Shown here piece after piece: positions 46,108 to 51,897 of a stretch of 51,897 nucleotides of DNA (positions are counted from its first letter, which is position 1; each line of letters begins with the position of its first letter). Source of the stretch: Candidatus Heimdallarchaeota archaeon (GTDB lineage: Archaea; Asgardarchaeota; Heimdallarchaeia; Heimdallarchaeales; Heimdallarchaeaceae); the NCBI GenBank assembly GCA_018238545.1, contig JABCTC010000025.1:1-51897 (forward strand). The letters run 5' to 3'. The notes beneath the pieces were generated by a model that saw only the letters and a program-made list of their open reading frames with translations, was not told the origin of the DNA and did not search any database. Position numbers and translations under genes: made by a program.

Positions 46108-46563
46108 ATGAAATTGAGGATTTCTGGTGACAAACTTACAATCGCGTGTGCTCATATGCTTTCAAAACACGATAAATGTGCTCGTGTGCATGGTCACAAT
46201 TATCAAATTGAAGTTGAAATAGAAGGAGAACTAAATGAAAGCAATATGATTATTGATTTTAGTGTTTTCAAAAAAGGTGTGGGTGAGATTCTTAAAGAAT
46301 TAGATCACAAAACTTTACTTCCTGAAAATAGCAAGGATTTTGACATTGAAGCTAACGAAAAAGAAGTAGTGGTTACAACATGCGATGATAAGAGATATAG
46401 GTTTCCAAGAGAGGATGTGATATTACTACCAATAGAAGCAACCACTGCTGAACTTATGTCCATATATTTTCATGATTTAATTAAAGAACAATTTCCAGAA
46501 TTTATAGTTACAGTAATTATGTCGGAAACTCCTACAAGCAAGGTCATCTACACAGGAGATTGA
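46108..46563 (+). CDS. queD: 6-carboxy-5,6,7,8-tetrahydropterin synthase
   Basis: AH, KCARVHGHNY, DF, LDHK, TAE, ETP. Confidence 0.93.
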   Translation: MKLRISGDKLTIACAHMLSKHDKCARVHGHNYQIEVEIEGELNESNMIIDFSVFKKGVGEILKELDHKTLLPENSKDFDIEANEKEVVVTTCDDKRYRFPREDVILLPIEATTAELMSIYFHDLIKEQFPEFIVTVIMSETPTSKVIYTGD

Positions 46564-46624
46564 TTTTCGATAATACGATAATAATATGTTGAACCTACAA
46601 GTTATTTAGCGAAGAGGATTAAGA

Positions 46625-47344
46625 ATGAGCATAGCAATAATATTGTTTTCTGGAGGATTAGATTCTTCTGCTTGCCTTTATTGGGCTTTTGAACAATATA
46701 ATAAAATAATATTATTGAGTTTCAAATACGGTAGTAAAGAAGATGAAGTTATCAAAAGATTGAATCTGAGATTTGCAGATTTTTACAATTTGGAAAGCAA
46801 AATCATTTCTCTAGATTTCCTTGAAGAACTCTCCTCAAAAAGAGGTTCAAAACTCGCTTCGTCTGAAACGGATCCTCCTGAATTTTCTAGCTTTAGGCAA
46901 CTTGATGAAAGTAAATTAACAAAAGAAGCAGCGAATAAAGTATGGGTTCCAGCAAGAAACCTTCTATTCATATCCGCAGCTTCAGCTTTTGCGGATAGTT
47001 ACAAAGAGCCGGTTCACATCTTATTCGGTGCAAACAAAGAAGAAGCGACAACATTTCCGGACAATACTCCAGAGTTTGTAGAACGGATGAATGAAGCGAT
47101 TAATCTAGGTTGTTTGAACGAGGTTTCGGTCCTCGCACCTTTCAATACACAAGTCAAAAGAGAGATTATTGAGTTTTTGATTGAAAAAAAAGCAAAATTT
47201 GAGTATATGTCTTCTTGTTATCAAGTCAAAGGATGGACCAAGGAAGGATATCCTATCCATTGTGGAATTTGTGAGTCATGTCAAAGAAAAAAGAGAGCTT
47301 TTCAAGAATCAGGGCATTTAGATCCAACATTTTATAAGAAATAG
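46625..47344 (+). CDS. queC: 7-cyano-7-deazaguanine synthase
   Basis: SGGLDS, WVPARN, FPDN, SCY...HCG.CESC. Confidence 0.95.
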   Translation: MSIAIILFSGGLDSSACLYWAFEQYNKIILLSFKYGSKEDEVIKRLNLRFADFYNLESKIISLDFLEELSSKRGSKLASSETDPPEFSSFRQLDESKLTKEAANKVWVPARNLLFISAASAFADSYKEPVHILFGANKEEATTFPDNTPEFVERMNEAINLGCLNEVSVLAPFNTQVKREIIEFLIEKKAKFEYMSSCYQVKGWTKEGYPIHCGICESCQRKKRAFQESGHLDPTFYKK

Positions 47345-47406
47345 GTCATTTGACAGCAAATAGTTTTTATTTCCAGTTCGCTTTTGTATACAATGGGGTG
47401 AAATTT

Positions 47407-48051
47407 ATGAGCTTACGTATCTTTTCAGTTAACAAGGATGGTAGCTTTTTCGAGGTTCCATCAGAGAAAGAGAGTTTTCTTCACGGTGATGGGGCCTATT
47501 TGATTGTAGATAGAAAAGAAAAGAAGATATTCATTTATCGAAAAAGGGGTATATCAAGTGCTTTAGCTTATTCAGCAGCTAGAGCTGCAACTAACCTTAA
47601 TACACAGAAGGGGTCAAGATATAAAGTCATCAATATAGAAGATGAAGAGAAAGAGCGTATACTTCCGTCACTTTATCAGAGGCTAGATGTTTCGATTCCA
47701 AGTGAGATTAAAGAAAACAAAGAATTTGAGAGGGTCTCGAGAAATATTTTTTATGGTGAAAAAACCATTCCAGTTTTTGAAACACACAATTATTCTTCAA
47801 TCGTTCAAACTACAAAACAAAAAAGGGAAATACAACCTGTAAAAAAAATTCTTCAAGTAGAGAAAGAAGAGGAGAGTTACAAAACGCAAAATATTGATGA
47901 ACTAGTTAAGACTTTAGCAAATCAGATTCTTTTTGAAACCAAATTGGACAAAGCCAAAAAAATGAAAAAGCCTGCAAGACATATTCTTAAAGCTGAGATG
48001 GTTAAAAAAATAGATTCGTTATTAGATAATATCTATGAGGAAGACAGCTAA
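47407..48051 (+). CDS. Single gelsolin-like domain protein with charged C-terminal extension
   Basis: L....AYLIVD....KIFIY...G.S.....SAARAA..L pattern; the usual Trp is absent. ATG at 47407 preferred. Confidence 0.6.
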   Translation: MSLRIFSVNKDGSFFEVPSEKESFLHGDGAYLIVDRKEKKIFIYRKRGISSALAYSAARAATNLNTQKGSRYKVINIEDEEKERILPSLYQRLDVSIPSEIKENKEFERVSRNIFYGEKTIPVFETHNYSSIVQTTKQKREIQPVKKILQVEKEEESYKTQNIDELVKTLANQILFETKLDKAKKMKKPARHILKAEMVKKIDSLLDNIYEEDS

Positions 48052-49418
48052 TTACTCTCTTTTCTCATTTTCGCAATGAAAAAACCTTCAGTTTCATGAA
48101 GGTGAGGATATATCTCTTGAGTTTTATTATTCAATAGATTAGATGGTATACCTATCATGGGTGAGGCCAACATCAAGGAGAAGTTTGAGTTATTCTTGAG
48201 AAACTGTGAAATAATATCATGATTTTCATCTTCAAAAAGTGAACAAGTTGAATAAACAATGCATCCATCCACTTCCAGAAGCTTGGAAGCTTCATTAAGT
48301 AAATCATTCTGCAATTTAATATACCAATTAAGATCTCTTTGTTTAATTCTCCATTTAATATCAGGTCTTGAAGAATAAGTCCCAGAACCAGAGCATGGAG
48401 GATCTAGTAAAATTTTATCAAAAGAAGATTTAACAGTTGTTTTTAGAGTTCTAGCATCTGCTGACAGAATTTTAACTTCTTCAGCACCTAACAATTTTAG
48501 TCGATCAGTTAATATTTTCACCCGGTCTTTATTTAAATCAACTGCCAAGATATTTTTAGTTGTACCAGCTTGAGCTACGATGTGTGAGGTTTTTCCTCCT
48601 GGTGATGCACACATATCAAGTATTTGCTCGTCTGGTTGTGGATCCAGAACCAGTGAAACCAAGGCTGAAGCTTTTTGCTGCACAACAAGTTTACCTACTT
48701 TAAATTCATCTAAACGTGGAATTGGTACAGGTGTTTCATCAATTCGTATAAGATTCGGTATAGTTTCAACAGGGGTATATCTAATCCCATAGTTTGTAAG
48801 ATTGTTAACAATCTCATTAAAAGATGCTTTTAGGGTATTAATTCTCACATACATCGGGATACTTTCAAGGGAAGATTGCAATACTTTCTCTGCGAAATCT
48901 TCTCCCCATTGTTTAATGAATTTTCTAATTATCCAAGTATAAGTAAAATACTTCAGAGAATATTTTGAGGGTAAATCTTCTCGATTCTCATATAAATTTT
49001 CCTCAGTTATTGATTGAATTAGTTCTAACAAAGTGTCAAAAGGCATGTTCTCAATTGGTCGATAGTACGGTTCAAGTATTGTAACTACTTCATCAGTTGA
49101 TTTTTTATTTACTTTCAACATGTGTGTAGCTACACGTAATACTGCCCTCATATCACTCTTTATTTTTTTCAGAGAGAAATTTGATGAACTAGTTTTTATA
49201 AAAAGATCAATCCAGTTGAGTTTTCTGTAAATCTCATGAGTATAATAATATAAAGTAGATTCCTCTTCTCTATCTAAGTTATATTTGTTAACGTGAAAGC
49301 GTAAAACACTGCGTAGAGATTTTCCCTTGTCTATATCCTCTAATGCAGATATAACTATAGGAATAATAGAATCCATCTCTTCCCAACTCTTCTTTCTGGA
49401 GTCATAGTCTCTTTTCAC
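48048..49418 (-). CDS. RsmB/NOP2-family RNA m5C methyltransferase
   Basis: RINTLK, DMCASPGGKT, D.PCSGSG, YSTCS...EN, GFFIAK; NusB-like N-terminus. Confidence 0.93.
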   Translation of the reverse strand: MKRDYDSRKKSWEEMDSIIPIVISALEDIDKGKSLRSVLRFHVNKYNLDREEESTLYYYTHEIYRKLNWIDLFIKTSSSNFSLKKIKSDMRAVLRVATHMLKVNKKSTDEVVTILEPYYRPIENMPFDTLLELIQSITEENLYENREDLPSKYSLKYFTYTWIIRKFIKQWGEDFAEKVLQSSLESIPMYVRINTLKASFNEIVNNLTNYGIRYTPVETIPNLIRIDETPVPIPRLDEFKVGKLVVQQKASALVSLVLDPQPDEQILDMCASPGGKTSHIVAQAGTTKNILAVDLNKDRVKILTDRLKLLGAEEVKILSADARTLKTTVKSSFDKILLDPPCSGSGTYSSRPDIKWRIKQRDLNWYIKLQNDLLNEASKLLEVDGCIVYSTCSLFEDENHDIISQFLKNNSNFSLMLASPMIGIPSNLLNNKTQEIYPHLHETEGFFIAKMRKESN

Positions 49419-49429
49419 TATATATTGGT

Positions 49430-50236
49430 TTAGTTGTTTAAATCATTGGCAGAAGTCCAGTTTACTATCTCTTGCGGGTAGAAAATTACTTTCTGCTCTA
49501 CTTTCATTTGCAATAACTGTGAGAACTTTCTAAGAGCGACATTACAGAAATCTTGTATTGGTATAAATAGAAAATTCATTTTGTTTTGTTGATATTTCTT
49601 TAATCTTTTTGAATCTAAATTGAAGCTAACCACTGTAGTTGCTCCTTCCTTCTTAAGTCTCTTTAGCTCTTGCCAGGATAGTTCTTGTGTTTCCAGAACA
49701 AAGCATTCAGATTTATCTTTGGATGTGTTGTTAAAAGCTGTCCACCTCTTTGTGAGATGTGAAAGATTTGCTAGGAAATCTTTAAAAGAAATTCCGCTGG
49801 TGTTCCAGAGATATGTGGTGTTGCCTGCAGATAAGGAAACTCTGTCTTGGCTAAATTGATTGATGCCAAGAGTTTGAAGAAAATACGCAAAAGCACCGTT
49901 TTGTGAGTACAACCAGCTGTTTGAAAGGCTCATTGTTTTGATATTATTGGTCGTTAAAGAGCGTAATAATTCAAAATCTCGCTCAGACAATGGAAAACCA
50001 GTTTCAATTATTGATAAAGGCATAATAGTGATTACCAGATTAGATTTGTTTTCATTCATTGAATGAATAAGTCTAAGATTGGCAAATGTGGAAACGAAAA
50101 TCGTTTTTATTATAGTAGATTTTGTAACTTTCTCTGCATAAGTACCAAACTCAATCCCAAAATCCTTGCTTCGTATGACATCTTTATGGCACATTGAGCT
50201 AAGCAATGTCAATATCTCGTCCAAAGTTTTTTTCAT
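49430..50236 (-). CDS. Divergent Nif3/DUF34-like protein
   Basis: D.G.EFG...IKTIFV, NLVIT..P, L..NNI layout; the metal-binding His residues are not visible. Confidence 0.5.
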   Translation of the reverse strand: MKKTLDEILTLLSSMCHKDVIRSKDFGIEFGTYAEKVTKSTIIKTIFVSTFANLRLIHSMNENKSNLVITIMPLSIIETGFPLSERDFELLRSLTTNNIKTMSLSNSWLYSQNGAFAYFLQTLGINQFSQDRVSLSAGNTTYLWNTSGISFKDFLANLSHLTKRWTAFNNTSKDKSECFVLETQELSWQELKRLKKEGATTVVSFNLDSKRLKKYQQNKMNFLFIPIQDFCNVALRKFSQLLQMKVEQKVIFYPQEIVNWTSANDLNN

Positions 50237-50449
50237 TATAACGACATTTTTGATTACAGCTTAAAAAAGGATTTGGGGGCATTACTGAAAGTAAAATATT
50301 TTAAAAATGAAAAACAGAAAAATAATTTTCTTCTTTAGGAACAAGGGTGTTAATACATTGTATTGATTGGAATAAAGCTAAAAGAAAAGTTTTAAAACAA
50401 AAGTAAGGAAGAAAAGACGTAAGCTTTATTTATAAGATTTACAAAAAGC

Positions 50450-50534
50450 GCCAGGATATCCAAGCGGTTACGGAGATGCATTGGAAATGCATTGCCCTTG
50501 AGGCGCCGGGGTTCAAATCCCCGTCCTGGCTCCA
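50450..50534 (+). tRNA. tRNA-Ser(GGA), CCA encoded
   Basis: Acceptor GCCAGGA/TCCTGGC, anticodon arm ATGCA-TTGGAAA-TGCAT, long variable arm, T arm CGGGG-TTCAAAT-CCCCG. Confidence 0.95.
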
Positions 50535-50628
50535 TATTTTCTTAAACATATTTACTTATGATGAATATGTTTTTCTCTCTTAAGCAAATATTTAAAAAAA
50601 TCTTTTCTTTTTCCATTCTTGAAGTCAT

Positions 50629-50727
50629 TAGTATCTGCTATGTATAGATGCTAGGCGAAGCTCGAAGGAGATATACTCCCGTTCTACAAACTGGTAGAAT
50701 GATGAGCACCACAACTCCGGGTTGTGG
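50629..50727 (+). promoter_or_regulatory. Structured 5' leader of the uS13-uS4 operon
   Basis: Four hairpins including a three-way junction, between a TATA-like TTTAAAA (~50591) and the ATG at 50753. Confidence 0.6.
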
Positions 50728-50752
50728 AAAAGAAAAAAACAAAAGTGATAAT

Positions 50753-51199
50753 ATGTCATTTCGCCATTTAGTTAGGATAAAGTCTACCGATTTAGAGGGT
50801 TATTTACCTGTTTCTTTAGGACTTTCTAAGATCGCAGGTGTTAACAGAAGGTTAGCACAGACAATTGTAAAAACTTTGAACATTCCTTATTCTGAACGTA
50901 TTGGTACTCTTACTGATGTTACAGTTAAGGAAATAGAAAGTGTTATTTCTGATCCCATTGCGGCAGGTATCCCTGTCTGGATGATTAATCGAAGAAAAGA
51001 TCGCCAAACTGGTGATAATTTACACATAACTGAGGCTAAACTCATTCTTCAGACAAAGCAAGATATTGAGAGATATATCAAAATTCGATGCCGTCGAGGA
51101 ATTCGCCATCAGTTCAAATTAAAGGTCAGAGGTCAGAAGACCAGAACTCACGGTAAAAGTGGTACAACCGTAGGTGTATCTAAGAGAAGACAAAGGTGA
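50753..51199 (+). CDS. rps13: Ribosomal protein uS13
   Basis: FRHLVRI...DL.G, I.GV, IP.WM.NRRKD..TG, RGIRH...LKVRGQKTR. True start 50753. Confidence 0.97.
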   Translation: MSFRHLVRIKSTDLEGYLPVSLGLSKIAGVNRRLAQTIVKTLNIPYSERIGTLTDVTVKEIESVISDPIAAGIPVWMINRRKDRQTGDNLHITEAKLILQTKQDIERYIKIRCRRGIRHQFKLKVRGQKTRTHGKSGTTVGVSKRRQR

Positions 51200-51201
51200 T
51201 T

Positions 51202-51897
51202 ATGATGGGTGGAATTAAAAGACAAAGAAAGAAAATTGAAACTCCTGGTCATCCTTATGATAAAGCTCGTTTAGAGAGAGAACTCCCTCTTGTTGGTACT
51301 TATGGGTTAAGAAATAAACGCGAATTATGGAGAGCAAGAACTATCCTTTCAACAGCTAGACAACAAGCTAGAGGTTTACTTGCTCTTGACCCTGAAGCTA
51401 GAAAAACTCGAGAACAAGAACTTCTATCAAGACTCTCTCGTTTTGGTATGCTACCTCAAAATAGCAACCTTGACTCTGTTTTAGCTCTTGAAATTAAGGT
51501 TGTTCTTGAAAGAAGACTTCAAACAATCGTATTTAGAAAAGGTTTAGCAGCCTCTCCTTACCAAGCTCGTCAGTTTATTACTCACAGACATATAGCTATT
51601 GGTACTGGTGTTGCAACATCACCTAGTAGATTAATTACAGTAGCTGAAGAGGATTTAATCAGCTACGCTCCCCGTTCTCCACTAAATGATCAAGGGCATC
51701 CCTCTCGACCTCAAGCACCTCCTGCTTTTGATGCAGGACAACCTGAGAAAAAGGAAGAACCCAAACGTGGAAGAACTGGAAGAGATGGTAAACCCAGAAG
51801 GAAAGAAGCTCCAAAGAGAGAAGCTCCAAAGAGAGAAGCTCCAAAGAGAGAAGCTCCAAAGAAAGAGGTTCCAAAGAAAGAAGTTAAGACAATACCA
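51202..51897 (+). CDS. rps4: Ribosomal protein uS4 with repetitive C-terminal tail; runs off the window end
   Basis: Not in the ORF track: MMGGIKRQRKKIETPGHPY...YGLRNKRELW...LERRLQTIVFRKGLA.SPYQARQFITHRHI. Confidence 0.96.
   Translation, partial: MMGGIKRQRKKIETPGHPYDKARLERELPLVGTYGLRNKRELWRARTILSTARQQARGLLALDPEARKTREQELLSRLSRFGMLPQNSNLDSVLALEIKVVLERRLQTIVFRKGLAASPYQARQFITHRHIAIGTGVATSPSRLITVAEEDLISYAPRSPLNDQGHPSRPQAPPAFDAGQPEKKEEPKRGRTGRDGKPRRKEAPKREAPKREAPKREAPKKEVPKKEVKTIP
51805..51885 (+). repeat. 15-bp coding tandem repeat (EAPKR)
   Basis: GAAGCTCCAAAGAGA x3 exact, two variant units and a partial unit. Confidence 0.95.

Noticed and set aside
43702-47344. Deazaguanine DNA-modification (dpd) defence island
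   Set aside because: No dpdA/tgt-like or restriction genes nearby; the housekeeping context fits tRNA archaeosine precursor synthesis.
50660-50707. Hammerhead-like three-way junction (GAA...UGAUGA) in the rps13 leader
   Set aside because: C3 is A, the A15.1-U16.1 pair is absent and stem II is out of register; treated as a leader structure instead.

Overview
AT-rich archaeal chromosomal window, very probably from an Asgard archaeon (Heimdallarchaeia-like; inferred from the gene set). It combines core archaeal genes with eukaryotic-signature proteins. Core genes: rpoE'/spt4/eS24/eS31, aIF2-gamma, PolB1-type polymerase, RadA, TPI, tRNA-Ser, uS13/uS4 and a preQ0 cluster. Eukaryotic-signature proteins: two Rab-like GTPases, a roadblock protein, a ubiquitin E2, a gelsolin-like domain and a TRAP-beta-like protein. 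The strongest signal is a family of IS607-type elements with an unusually large (647 aa) TnpB/Cas12-like ORF and an atypical RuvC-III motif. One copy is complete (~12849-15579) and shows a readable pseudoknotted omega-RNA scaffold, a guide junction and 5-bp junction repeats. A second copy at the window start has an internal deletion that removed almost all of tnpA. Other highlights: a 7-gene tricarboxylate operon (HD hydrolase, beta-decarboxylating dehydrogenase, two different LeuCD-type hydro-lyases, divergent ATP-citrate-lyase-like pair); an unannotated 54-aa ORF ending GG-Y just upstream of the E2; a roadblock/pseudo-KaiC/coiled-coil operon convergent on a Rab-like GTPase; and a structured 5' leader on the uS13 operon. 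All calls come from reading motifs by eye; no database searches were run.
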